A stretch of 63,954 nt of DNA, filler included, from Octopus bimaculoides (taxonomy: Eukaryota): the NCBI RefSeq assembly GCF_001194135.2. It is 4 parts of 4 records of this genome, joined end to end, with 100 filler letters (N's around TTAATTAATTAA, not from the genome) between each part and the next. Parts side by side here need not be neighbours in the genome. Positions count along the whole stretch, not along the records: positions 1 to 28,616 come from NC_068989.1; positions 28,717 to 37,549 come from NC_068993.1; positions 37,650 to 62,001 come from NC_068981.1; 1 more part is not named here. One strand, written 5' to 3'. The position numbers and the translations under genes were made by a program. Positions 25,685 to 38,300 of the stretch are shown here, piece by piece. The notes under the pieces are model-generated. The model did no database searches. It was not told the origin of the DNA and saw only the letters and a program-made list of their open reading frames with translations. Within the stretch, counting starts at the first letter, position 1. Each line of letters starts with the position of its first letter.

Positions 25685-25890
25685 ATTTTAAACTTTTTAT
25701 TCGCTTCAGTCATTGAATTGCAGCCACGCTGGAGCACTGTGTTAAGTCTTGGAGTGTTTTAGTAGAAAAGATCGACTTCAGTACTTATTCTGTCTGTCTT
25801 TTTTGCCGAACTGCTAAGTTACGGGATGTAAACAAACCAACACCTGCCGTAAAGCTGTGGGGAGATAAACACAAGGGCACACATAGGGAT
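25685..25890 (-). mobile_element. SINE family B 3' part
   Basis: ttcagtcattgaattgcagccacgctggagcac...ttttgccgaactgctaagttacggg. Confidence 0.8.
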
Positions 25891-26559
25891 AATGCGTGTG
25901 TGTGTGTGTGTGTTGGCATTCTAGCGTGCCAATTCGCAGACTTAAGTATATCTATGACTATAGTATGTACCCAAGTGTACCTTAGACTATATTGACTTAT
26001 GTGTATCTACGGCTATATTATACACTGTTGCTTTTTAAAGAGGGGAATAAAGTTGCTGTTTATAGCAGACCAAACGTCCACGTAGAGGCCTCCTCGTTGG
26101 TTTATGCTTGCATGAATAAATGGTGTTGCTGTGGCTTAGGTCCAGGTCCAAATTGACTGAGAAGATCTGTTCTTAAAGACAACCCAACCAAGGTCATCCC
26201 CATTTGTTGTCTAGGTATCGAAGGCTAAAATAAACATTTTTAAGACGGTTGTTTGTGATTCCGAAGCTCCAGCCATGACCGTCCCATATTTTCCCTAGGC
26301 ATTATAATTCGGGTTATTTATACAATGTATATTTTTATTTTGGCACATCAAAGCTGAATGCTGGCGGTATTGTTAAACGTACGATGGACAGATCTTAGCT
26401 GACTCCAGGATAGGATGCTAGCCTATTGTAGGCAGCTTTCTCCACATAAAGTATTGATCGTGTTCCTACAAATCGACGAATCACGCCTCACTTTCATATG
26501 TTTAGATCTACGTGAACTTGACATCCAGTACCAATACTGACTCTACCAGAACGCGAACT

Positions 26560-27354
26560 GGTGACCCTTTGGCTCATTGTTGTATATTCCATCATCATAA
26601 TTCTGAATCAGAGTAGAGCACAGTGGAACTGTGTGCAACTGCACGGTTGATTTCAAGTTCTTAAACATTAGTAGGACTTTTTATAACCCATTGATTGGTA
26701 CCCCCTCCATAGGACCTTATTCTTACACTTTATGACTGCATTCCAAAGCATGATCAACTGGGACTGCGGATGTTATCAACCACCTCCTTTGTTGGTCTAT
26801 CCCACAAGTTTCCTGGAAGTTGCTTCGGCTTGAAAAAAAAAAATCTTTCTTGCAATTCTTCTCTGCAACATTCTGGTCACGTGTTCGTAGTACCGGAACC
26901 GTGACCTCTCAATGCAGAGAAGTAACAATTCGACCTGGAGCGATTCCTTGTCGAGTAACGTCACTGAAACAACATGGACACTACATTTCCCCCGGTGAGT
27001 TGTGAAACAATAACCGCTCGGATCTTTTAGTCCGACACTATCGATTCAGCCGTTTGCAATTATAAATTCATATCTCTCTATCTTATACCATGTTCTAACG
27101 ATTTACCGCGTTTCTGTCTCAAAACAGTTCCGTGCCTCGTTTGATATTTTTGCAGCAGCTTTTATCTGGCGTCTTAATCAATACTCTGATAATACTCCTC
27201 AGCCTTGCTTCTTATTCCAATTCAATGCTTCCAACTAATTTCGTCTTTCGATTCTTATTCAATATTGTAACGCTAACCTTGCATCTTTCCTTCCTAACTT
27301 AGTTAATAACTGTAACCGCTTCAGTCTGCTTCTGTTTCTTCTCTGCAGCTCGAT
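26560..27354 (-). mobile_element. Possible highly decayed LINE ORF2 segment
   Basis: A-rich minus strand with K/R-rich broken peptides and a GPMEGVP (cf. PGPDGIP) motif; weak. Confidence 0.25.
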
Positions 27355-27910
27355 NNNNNNNNNNNNNNNNNNNNNNNNNNNNNNNNNNNNNNNNNNNNNN
27401 NNNNNNNNNNNNNNNNNNNNNNNNNNNNNNNNNNNNNNNNNNNNNNNNNNNNNNNNNNNNNNNNNNNNNNNNNNNNNNNNNNNNNNNNNNNNNNNNNNNN
27501 NNNNNNNNNNNNNNNNNNNNNNNNNNNNNNNNNNNNNNNNNNNNNNNNNNNNNNNNNNNNNNNNNNNNNNNNNNNNNNNNNNNNNNNNNNNNNNNNNNNN
27601 NNNNNNNNNNNNNNNNNNNNNNNNNNNNNNNNNNNNNNNNNNNNNNNNNNNNNNNNNNNNNNNNNNNNNNNNNNNNNNNNNNNNNNNNNNNNNNNNNNNN
27701 NNNNNNNNNNNNNNNNNNNNNNNNNNNNNNNNNNNNNNNNNNNNNNNNNNNNNNNNNNNNNNNNNNNNNNNNNNNNNNNNNNNNNNNNNNNNNNNNNNNN
27801 NNNNNNNNNNNNNNNNNNNNNNNNNNNNNNNNNNNNNNNNNNNNNNNNNNNNNNNNNNNNNNNNNNNNNNNNNNNNNNNNNNNNNNNNNNNNNTTCTTCT
27901 TCTTCTTCTC

Positions 27911-28528
27911 CATGTGATCCTGGCAGAAACTTTTCGCGTTTGAGGAAAACCAAAACATGTTCGGTTGGGGTGGGGGGTTGCTTGAATTTGTTCAAAGGTT
28001 TCGTAGCGCGGTCTTTCCTCTTGTCTTTGATGGGCTTGGGATAAAATTGGCCCTTTCTCATCTTGTATGAAGAATACCGGATGTCTTCATGCACTGCCTG
28101 CCTTATAAGAAACTCAGACACTCCCGTGTCCCTGGCAATGGGCCCGAATGACTTGGCGGGATCGTTGTCAATTATGGCCTGGATCTCACCAACAAATTCA
28201 GGAGTTCTTTTCTCATCAGAACGATCAAAGTGAGTTTTCTGAGCTGTCGTACCTTCGTAATCACCACTAGATTCATCCAAGTGTTTCCGAATCCTCTGCA
28301 CTGTCCTCAGATTGATACGCAAACACTCTGAAATGTTCGTATTGGAGCTTCTGGCGCGAATACCAAGCAGTGCATCATATCGTTTCGAGATTTCTGGCAG
28401 AGTGAATTGCGTCATGTTTTTCTCACAGACGGTGCCCAACTGACCTTGCTATACTGTGCAGTCGACAGACAGTGCGCATGCGAAAAATTAAAAATATAAA
28501 ATGGCGACAATTTACTCATCGCACCCTG
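27911..28528 (-). mobile_element. Tc1/mariner-superfamily transposon 5' half (maT/DD37D-like), truncated
   Basis: ORF ...INLRTVQRIRK...RTPEFVGEIQAIIDNDPAKS...IARDTGVSEFLIRQAVHEDIRYSSYKMRKGQF, then (frameshift) FWFSSNAKSFCQDHM (cf. WFFSDEKNF). TIR CAGGGTGCGATGAGTAAATTGTCGCC ends at 28528 next to TA. Confidence 0.85.
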
Positions 28529-28616
<88 letters not shown>

Positions 28617-28744
28617 NNNNNNNNNNNNNNNNNNNNNNNNNNNNNNNNNNNNNNNNNNNNTTAATTAATTAANNNNNNNNNNNNNNNNNNNNNNNNNNNN
28701 NNNNNNNNNNNNNNNNCACACATATATAAGTATATATATATATA

Positions 28745-29030
28745 TATTCTATTATTATTCCTACTGTATTTGTGTAACATTGTTTGTTTATTTCCGTCCT
28801 TGTTTTTGTATACATTCGCTGCTTTCTTCCAAGGAATCTAATGCTCTTAGCTTAGTTTTTCCTTGGGGCTGACTAGATTGGAGCAATATCGACAATAACC
28901 AGCCGAAATTGCAAAGATAATCGGAATCTCGACTGAAGAAAGAAAACTCCGAATGACCTGTCCGTGTTTTTTTTGTATCGTCTATCTGGATGTTTTGTGT
29001 TCTTGTCCCATTCTGTATTATATATATAGA
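28745..29030 (+). mobile_element. Penelope-type terminal-repeat-like interspersed repeat
   Basis: ctcgactgaagaaagaaaactccgaatgacc resembles a degenerate hammerhead-bearing PLE terminal repeat; recall-based. Confidence 0.3.
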
Positions 29031-29216
29031 CACAAGATGTGATCTATTTCTAGCGCATTAATTGTCCACGTTAGTGGTCGACGTTATTTTTTTAAAATGT
29101 ACCTTAATCCCCTGAGATTGCAGATAATATTTCTGAATCTCTTTGATTCTTTAGATGTGCTGGCCTCCTGATAATTAATCGATATTAATTAATATATGAC
29201 TAATTACCAGATTTTA

Positions 29217-29251
<35 letters not shown>

Positions 29252-29934
29252 CAGCGTACATACACCTTGTCTCTTATATGTAAGTATGCAATAAACAAAC
29301 TTGTAACTCGTTGACAAAAATGTGATGATTATAATGGTACTTACTTTGATGAATAACATTTCCTCATTGTTGAAATATATTGTGATGAATTTCATGTTTC
29401 AAAACGTAGCTAACTTTTTATTCAGCCTGATATATTAGGAATGGGGTGGGGGGCTTTCGAAATACAACCATTTTTAAGGAACCTTAATTCCACGGCATGC
29501 ACTGAGTTTCAAATAGTATTCTAAATAATATATATGAAAATTAGGGTTATGTGACACCCCCGTACGCCTCGCATACACCCCACAATTAAATACCCTAGTT
29601 TTCTATATCAATCATATAATCTCTAACACATATATACTAAATTGCTGATGGATATGAAACATTTGATCATGTTTCACTGTGGAAACCTTCTTGAAAACAT
29701 TTGATGAGTATAAACAGCAAAAGTTATAAGACAATTGGTACGTACCTCTCCAACATGGTAAAATTACAACTTTTAAATATGGGTCAAATGAATTTTGTTT
29801 TTAGAAAATATATACATTTATTAAATGATTTTCTTTTGTTTTTCAGTTTATTTCAGAGCTAAATTGTATTATAATTTCACAAAAATACCTACATAAATTT
29901 AAATTGTGATAATTTAAGTATATAAAATTATATA

Positions 29935-30510
29935 ATGGCAACAAGAAGTAAAAGCCTTAATTCAGCATTTGGATTACCTGCGGGATTTCCTACAGCAATG
30001 ACCCCATCAAAGACTGATGTTATTTCGACATTATTTATACATAAGAAAACGTGAAGAATAGATGTCAAAATTTCACCCACAGCGAAAGAATGTTACCGGA
30101 TTGTTGCTGCAGATGTGCAAACAATATTGGACAAATTTTTTTTTCCTTATATTGGGTTTGAGGGAATAGCTCTAAAAATTGAGAGATTGATTGAATCTGC
30201 GTATAAATTAAACAAAATACCTATCAAGCAAAGAGGAGATAGTTTTAATTAAAAAACTAGAGGAGTTCAATGAAATGTTTGATGTATGCACCCGAACGTG
30301 TTATGACAAAGAAATAAAAAGATCTGACTGACATAGCCAATAACTCTTCCTTGTCATAGTCAAGGAGCCGAGCATGCTATCAGTTTAGTGACAAAAGCTT
30401 CTGAAGTCAGAACAGGCTACGAAAATAGGCACAAATTCATATTAAATGTAATGAAATCAAGACAAAATTTACCACACTTTGACTAGAAAAGACAATGGTC
30501 ATTAAATTAA
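29935..30510 (+). mobile_element. Internally deleted Sola-like DNA transposon: N- and C-terminal transposase remnants fused
   Basis: ATG 29935 MATRSK...AFGLPAGFP...KTDVI(fs)RHYLYIR...IVAADVQTI(fs)W... joined at about 30340 to LPCHSQGAEHAISLVTKASEVRTGYENRHKFILNVMKSRQNLPHFD (cf. PCHSQAVERHVKLVTEAS). The Sola assignment is from memory. Confidence 0.6.
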
Positions 30511-31389
30511 ATAGTAAATACTATAAATGCTTATTTCATGGTGTTCACTGTTCATGTATTTCGTTTGAGATTCGTGCATATTTCTTTTTATTGCATATCA
30601 TAATAGTCATTAAGAATTTACATTTTCTTTTACGTTGAAAGTGCTTTTCTGAATATAGGCTTTATTTTATAAAAAAAATTAATACAAACTATATGAATAA
30701 ATAAAGTTTCCAATAACTGTTTTCTTTTCAGGTGGTGGGTGGGTTGCATATAATCTATAAAATGTTATATAGGTAATATCTAACCAATACAAAGTTAATA
30801 GCATTAAAACAAGTTTACAGTTCCTTACATTTTCAGTATTCAAAACGCAGACTTAGGGAGGTGGCTATGCGAGGCATAGGGGTGGTTGCATACTTTTTAA
30901 AATTTGTTAATTTAGTTTTCACATCAGAATGAACTCCAAGCAATATGTGGAATCAGAATATAAAATTTCGACCCTCACTTAATATACATGTATACATTGG
31001 AGTCCTTTTCAAGACTTGGAATAAAATAAGCATTACTTTTTACGTTCTAATGTTCTTTCTTTGTCTTTTTTTCTTTGAAGATAACTTTATACTATAGTGG
31101 TTAACTTCATATTGATGTTACTAGTTTAAAATGAATTTAGACCAAACGCATATCAGACACTACATATTCTATAACATATCCGTTCAGTCTATGAAAATGA
31201 AGCATTAAGTTTCATTTCCCGTTTAGCTCCAGAAATATTTCTCTCGCAGCTCTTGACAAAATGGTTTTGTTAATATTAAACTTCTGAAAGTTGCTGTAAG
31301 AGGAAATTCATAGCAAAGAAAAGCAGCTCAGTTCAAATCACACTTCGATAAAACGTCTTCAGGAACTAGGAAAACTGACATATTTTCCA

Positions 31390-31620
31390 TTACATTTCAG
31401 ATAGATTGAGCGCTGAGTTGCTGAAGTAGAAATATCGTTATAGCAAATATTCTGCTCAGTACCACAGTTTTGCTTGTCATTTGCTTGACCTTAACAACCG
31501 CTTGAGCATGTTCCTTAGTGGCTGATAATATGTGCATATCTGATCATGAACTGGGTTAGTGAGGGAGCATCAAAGCCATGTGTTGAGAGGGATCCTTTGG
31601 GGCTTGAATAAATGTAACAA
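31390..31620 (+). mobile_element. Interspersed repeat (family E, unclassified)
   Basis: gcaaatattctgctcagtaccacag...ccttagtggctga...gagcatc..agccatgtgttgagaggg: recognised from memory as a common octopus repeat; one copy here. Confidence 0.35.
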
Positions 31621-31790
31621 AAGCAATGTTTGAAGGAAATATTAGCCATTTTTCATACTTTCTAGGGGTAAGCAAATAGGAAATAACAGTTGCTACCCAA
31701 GGACAAAAATCGTGTTACACAGTGTTATAGATTAGTTCAGTTGGGTCTGATAGAGATGGAGGTGGAGGATAAACGACGACGACGACGACG

Positions 31791-31823
<33 letters not shown>

Positions 31824-31974
31824 GCTGCAGCAACAACAGCAACAGGTATCGTATATTCTAAGTGTTACCAATTTTATCAAATCGTATTTAACTTTAGTTT
31901 TATGTAAAAATAATAAAAAAGAGATAGGTTACAATCGTCCACTATTGGACAATCCACTCTTCATGGTTGGTTAG

Positions 31975-32200
31975 TCCACATTATTCCATAAGGAGCATAA
32001 GGGCTGGTTTCTCTAATGTATATATTCCTCCCCCGGACAGGACGCCGGTCTATTGCAGGATTACTCACATTTGCCAGCTGAGTGGACTGGAGCAACGTGA
32101 AATGAAGTGTTTTGCTCAAGAACTCAACGCATCGCCCGGCCCAGGAATCAAAACCACAATCTTACGATCGTGAATTCAACACTAAGCCATGCGCCTCCAC
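31975..32200 (-). mobile_element. SINE family D copy
   Basis: gctgagtggactggagcaacgtgaaatgaagtgttttgctcaagaac, ending at the tRNA-like head gccatgcgcctccac. Confidence 0.85.
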
Positions 32201-33210
32201 GATCTTCTTCATACTTGAAGTATTTTGGTCACACCACTGACTCATAAACATTGTCGCACAAATTTGACGCTGACCAGGCGCTTCTGTCCATTTTACTACT
32301 CATTTATGAGTGGACTGATGTAAACGTGCTGTAAAGTGTTTTGCCCAAGGTCACAAAGTGAATTCCAAATAGAGAATCGAAATCACGGCTTTATGAGAAA
32401 GAGAACCCAGATGCTTCCTCAGTAGGCTACTCGCCACTTGAAATATCATGTAATATTTCTAAATTAGTGAAAAAGCTCACACTTAAACATTATCATTTCT
32501 ATATAAGTTTCAACCATCTGAAGTTAAGTTTCTGAAGATTTAAGAGAAAGAGAGAGAGGGAGGGAGAGAGAGAGAGGTGAGGAGAGGGGGGGAGAGAAAA
32601 AAGGAACGATAAAGAGGCTGAGAAAGGTATAAAGAAAGTGGAGAGAGAGAGACGAGAGAGAGGGCCGAGGGCTGAATGTTATCCAGAGTTTTCCGCAAGT
32701 ACGAACTATTAGTCATTTCTTTACATATTGATCATTACTGAGTATGGTTAGAACAAAACATCTTCAGTGAGACCTGTATCCCCACTCAGGATTCAAGAGA
32801 AGCTGCATATTGTAAAGCGTAGATTCTACATACATACATACATACATGCATACATACATATATGTGCGTACACACACACATTTGCCAACTGGAGTTTCTC
32901 TTCCAAGAAATTACTTAATTACTTCTTTCAAAGCTCATTAAGAGGACTAAAGCCATTAAATAGAACCATATGTTATATTCAGATCAGTATTTTGCATAAT
33001 ATATATAAATGCGTTTCTCTTGGTTGCAATGTAATAGTTTTGTTTACTCGGCAATAAACTTACATAGTTCATATTTCAATGATGTCTGAAGGACGGCAAA
33101 ATCACTGAGCCAACGAGAGAGCATTTTTTGTGCTAGAAATAGCAGCCAAGTCTCCTTCAAATTTTAGAATTCAACGACAACAGATTCAATAGAAAGCAAA
33201 AACTATCTTT

Positions 33211-33995
33211 AATAATTGGCTTCTAATATAGATAAAAGATCAGTAACTTAGCGGGGTTTTAGCTGATACCGTTGATCCCTGTACATTATTTTATCGACTG
33301 CGAATGAAAGGCAAACGGTTTGAACTTAGAATACTTTAATTAGCAATACTTTTTTTCTGCTATAGGCGCAAGGCCTGGAATTTTGGAGAAGGGTTCCAGT
33401 CGATTTCATCGACTGCCGTGCTCAAATGGTATTAATTTTATCAGCACCAAAAGGTTGAAAGGCAAAGTCAACCTCGACGGAATTTGAACTCAAGAGAAAT
33501 GTTCCTAAACATTTTGTCCGGCGTGCTAACGATTTCACCAGCTCTGCATTAATTAGCTATAATTATTGGTTTCATATTTTCGCACAAGGCCAGCAATTTG
33601 GGGAGGGGAAGCTGATTACATTGAACCCAGTGCTCAACTGATGCTTATTCTATCGACCTCGAAATGATGAAAGGCCTCGGCGGAATTCGAACTCAAAACG
33701 TAAGGTCGCACTAAATGTCGTTAAGCATCTTGTCCAGCGGGCTAACGATTCTACCAGCTCACAACCTTAATTAGCAATAATGCTTGGTTTCAAATTTTTG
33801 CACAAGGCCAGCAATTTCGGGAGAGGTGGAAGTCGTTTACATCGACCCCAGTGCTCATTCGACATGAAAGGATAAAAAGCAAAGTCGATCACGGCGGTGG
33901 AATTTGAACTCAGAATGTAAAGACGGGCGAAGTGCCGCTAAGCGTTTTTCCCGGCACGCTGACGCTTCTGCCACTCGCTGCTTTAATTAGCTATA
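33211..33995 (-). mobile_element. Tandem array of 4 SINE-A copies (first partial), period about 215 bp
   Basis: Units separated by ttaattagc(a/t)ata at 33336, 33549, 33767 and 33983. Confidence 0.9.
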
Positions 33996-34057
33996 ATTAC
34001 TTAACTCAGTTGTGTGCTTTCTACGAGAAAGCTAGCTCTTAATTGTTCACTTGCTTC

Positions 34058-34102
<45 letters not shown>

Positions 34103-34249
34103 GATTTTTACGTTTCAGTCCTATACTGATCCTTGTTTTCTCTTTTGACTCCAGGACTCATAAGGCTGATTACACGATTTCTATGGCGTATATGTGATCG
34201 AGATAACAACAAACTCTTTGAGTGGGACTCCGGCCCATTGCAGGATTCA

Positions 34250-34420
34250 AGACTAGCAATTATAAGGAGAGGGGACTAATCGATTACATCGACCTCACTG
34301 TATTACTGATACTTTAATTTATCGATTCCGATGGGATGAAAGGAAAAGTTAACCACGCTGGATTTCGAACTCAGAAGAAAAGCCGCTTAGCATTTTGTCC
34401 GATGCGCTAATAATTGAAGC
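34250..34420 (-). mobile_element. SINE-A copy
   Basis: aatcgattacatcgacc...gatgaaaggaaaagt...cgaactcagaa...gcttagcattttgtccg. Confidence 0.8.
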
Positions 34421-34519
34421 AGGTCGCCACATTACTGATTCCATACCATGGCAAAAGATGGTTTGCAGGAGAAGTGAGCTAGCTTACAAGTATAATCGTC
34501 TGATTTTATTATAGCGGAG

Positions 34520-34950
34520 GTGTATAAATGGTTAGGTGCAGATATGGCTGTATGGTTAAGACGTTCTCTTCCCAACCACACGGTTTCGGGTTCAGTCCCA
34601 CTGTGTGGCGTCTTGAGTAAGGAAGTGTCTTCTACTATAGCCCGGAACAATCAAAGTCTTCTGAGTGAATTTGGTGGATGAAAGCTGAAAGAAGCCCGTC
34701 GATATGTATGTATGTGTGTGTGTGCGTGTGTGCGTGCGTGAGTGTCTTTGTCTTGACATCGTAAACGAGTCTCATGCAACCGGTGTCATTCATTTACAAT
34801 CTTTTGTGGGAAAATATGACCTTGACTGGAAACAGGCGAGAATTAGCGCCAGGAAGAGCATCCGACCATAGACAATCAAATCTCCCTCAACAATTCCATT
34901 CAACATATGCGAACATGGAGAAGTGGACGATGGAACGACGATGGTAATAA
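34520..34950 (+). mobile_element. SINE-B head with an alternative 3' part
   Basis: atggctgtatggttaag...gggttcagtcccactgtgtggc...gtgtcttctactatagcc...gaaagaagcccgtc. Confidence 0.8.
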
Positions 34951-35079
34951 ACGATAAAAATTCTATCGAGAAACGAAACTGTATTACAAGACACAAGAAA
35001 AAAAAGCTCTAGATAAACAGATGGATGGACAGACAGACATACTGAAAGACAGATAGATAGATAGATAGATTGATAGAGA

Positions 35080-35125
<46 letters not shown>

Positions 35126-35613
35126 TGAGAGATGTGAGACAGCACGCTATTAATATTTAAAAATATATATTGCCAGACGTTAATATTAACAATTTGACAT
35201 ATATGTTCCTTGGGAAAACGAAGACTCATTAAGAGTTCATTACTAAATCAATATGTATATATATTTTTCTTGTCTCAGCGAATTAAAAGATGATTTATCT
35301 CTATTCTTTTATAATCAGTTATGTATGGTAGAAATACTAAAATGACGTTGATGCCGTTCACCACCGATTAATATCCAATATAGAGTTTTGATGTGTTACG
35401 CAAAGATAAATGAATGAATAAATAAATAAATAAATAAATAAATACATAAATAAAATAAAATAAAATAAAATTCGTTTAATATGCTTGATTATTTTGCGAT
35501 CAGAATCACTTTCTACGCGCATATATATGCATACATATATACATGCATGCATACATATACATGTATATATCCATATGTCTTTATGTATGTGTGTGCATAT
35601 ATGTGTGTATGTA

Positions 35614-35667
<54 letters not shown>

Positions 35668-36544
35668 NNNNNNNNNNNNNNNNNNNNNNNNNNNNNNNNN
35701 NNNNNNNNNNNNNNNNNNNNNNNNNNNNNNNNNNNNNNNNNNNNNNNNNNNNNNNNNNNNNNNNNNNNNNNNNNNNNNNNNNNNNNATATATACATATAT
35801 GCACACACACACACATATATATATATACATATATATGCATATATATACATATATGCACACACACACACATATATATATATACATATATATGCATATATAT
35901 ACATTTGTATACACATATGTATATATATTTATACATACACACATATATGCATACACATACATAAACACATATGAATACATACATGCTCACATACCCATTC
36001 CTGCGTAGATGCATACATGGATACATACACACACACATACACACATACATACACACATACATACATGCATGTATACATACACACACACATACGTACATAC
36101 ATACATACATACATACATGCATGCATTCATGTGGGTTCATAAGCATAGTTCCTAGAAGGAAGAGCGAGTAGTGTTAGTTTCGAGTCCAAAGTTCTAGATT
36201 CCCTTCCGGGTGGACGGCGTGTCTATGACGTAAACATAACGTGGCGTTATAAAAATATATAACGGCTAAGTGTTTTCATTATGTTTTCATTATGGACAGG
36301 TTTAAAGCAGCCAGAAGGATCCAGATCGTTATTTGGATTGGAAACTAGTAGTAGTTGTTCTCTCGTCCAGGAACCTACAATAACCTCGAGACCATACACA
36401 CAATGCATATGAGTGTTTTTTTATTTTTTTATTTTGGACTTACCAATCCAAAATCTATCTATCTATCTATCTATCTACCTACACAATCACACATGCACAC
36501 ACAGACACATATTAGAAATTAAACTGCTACTACAAATACAATGT

Positions 36545-37215
36545 AACAACGCCAATAATAATTCTTGCTATCATAGGTACAAGAACCGAAATCTAAGGGG
36601 AGGGAACAAGTTGATTACAGCGACCCAAGTCCTTGACTGGTGCTTATTTCATTAATCCTCAGAGAATAAAAGGCAAATTCGACCTCGGCGGAATTTGAAC
36701 TTAGAACGTATATGCTGGCGGAATTGCCGCTGATCATTCTCTCCGATGTGCCAACGATTCTTTCAGTTCAACAATAATGATAATAATTCTTTCTAATTTT
36801 GGTTCAAGGCCAGCGATTTTCTTAGGGGAAAGAGAAAGTCGTTTACATCGACCCCAGTATTTCAACGGCGCTTTATTTTATTGATCAGCCTCAGTGACAT
36901 TTGAACTTAGAATGTAAAGCTAGAAGAAACGCACTTGGTATTTTTCCGATGAGCTACCGATTCTGTCAGCTTACTAATGATAATTAAAATAACCCTTTCT
37001 ATTATAGGCACCAGGCCTGAAATTTGGGGGGAGGGGTTAGTCGATTACATCGATTCCATTGCTTGACTGGTACTTATTTTATCGATCCCAAAAGAATGAA
37101 GGGCAAAGTCGACTGTGGTGGAATTTGAACTCAGAATGTAAGGATGGATAGACGAAATACCGCTAAACATTTTTCCCGGCGTGCTAATGATTCTGCCAGC
37201 TCGCCGCCTTAATGA
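36545..37215 (-). mobile_element. Second tandem array of 3 SINE-A copies
   Basis: Units at about 36545-36770, 36780-36980 and 36995-37210, with taatga(t/a)aat-type spacers. Confidence 0.88.
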
Positions 37216-37994
37216 AAATTAAAATAATATTTTCTAATTGCTGCGAGGACCATAAGGCCAGTGCATCGGCGAAATATAAACAAAAACAATGGTGGTGGTG
37301 ATAGTGGAGGACAACAATATGCAACGAGTAAAAATGGCGAGGCCAACACAAGAAGTTACATTATTATATAAACGTATGTACGGCTGTGTAGATAAGAAGC
37401 GCGTTTTGCGACTACGTTTTTTCGAGTTCAGTTCCACTATGCAGCATCTTTGGTATCTTCTACTACAGACTCGGGCCAAATATTGTCTTGTGACTGAATT
37501 TGGTTGACGAAAACTGAGTAGAAGCCCGTTACACACACACACACACACANNNNNNNNNNNNNNNNNNNNNNNNNNNNNNNNNNNNNNNNNNNNTTAATTA
37601 ATTAANNNNNNNNNNNNNNNNNNNNNNNNNNNNNNNNNNNNNNNNNNNNGTTAGGGAAATCGAACACACGTGTGTTGCCTTTCTGCAAAATGTCAGAAGT
37701 AATGGAGATTAAATACGCTTTACACCGCTTAAACTGCCAAAGGAGTAAGTGTAAACAGCTGAATACTTGTCAGTGATTGGTTGAAATTATCGAAATAAGA
37801 CAATTTTTTACATGAAATAAATTCGAATACAAAATTTTTTTTCTGTTTTATAACACAAAATAGATAAGTATACGAAGTTTGAAAGTCTTTCGCTACCAAA
37901 AACACTACGTAAAACATAAATGAAAACTGGTGCCCCCGTTTTGAACAGGATCCTTATAGTCTGTTTAATAGAGCTTCAAGAAGGACGTCAAGAA

Positions 37995-38300
37995 AGGATG
38001 GCCTCTGCAAGCACAACAACAGCACCAACAACAACAACGCCGTCACCACCACCACCAGCTACAATAACAACAATAACCACAGCAGCAACAACAACAACAG
38101 CAACAACACCACTACCACCACCAACAACAGCACCACCTCCTCCTCCAAAACCATCACCACCACTACCACTACGACCACGACCACGACCACGACCACCACG
38201 ACCACGACCACCACCATCAACACCAACAACAACAACAACAGCAACAACAACAACAGCAACAACAACAACAACAGCAACAACAACAACAACGGCAAACCAA
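37995..38300. repeat. (CAA/CCA/CCACGA)n compound repeat
   Basis: Directly visible; explains the T/P-rich ORF 37920-38303. Confidence 0.95.

Noticed and set aside
28617-28716. Identical ttaattaattaa islands inside gaps (28661-28672, 37594-37605, 62046-62057)
   Set aside because: Each is exactly N44-TTAATTAATTAA-N44 = 100 bp: an artificial six-frame-stop gap spacer, not biology.
33336-33995. CRISPR-like periodicity of a conserved short repeat with about 200-bp intervening units
   Set aside because: The intervening units are homologous SINE copies, the DNA is eukaryotic and there are no cas genes.
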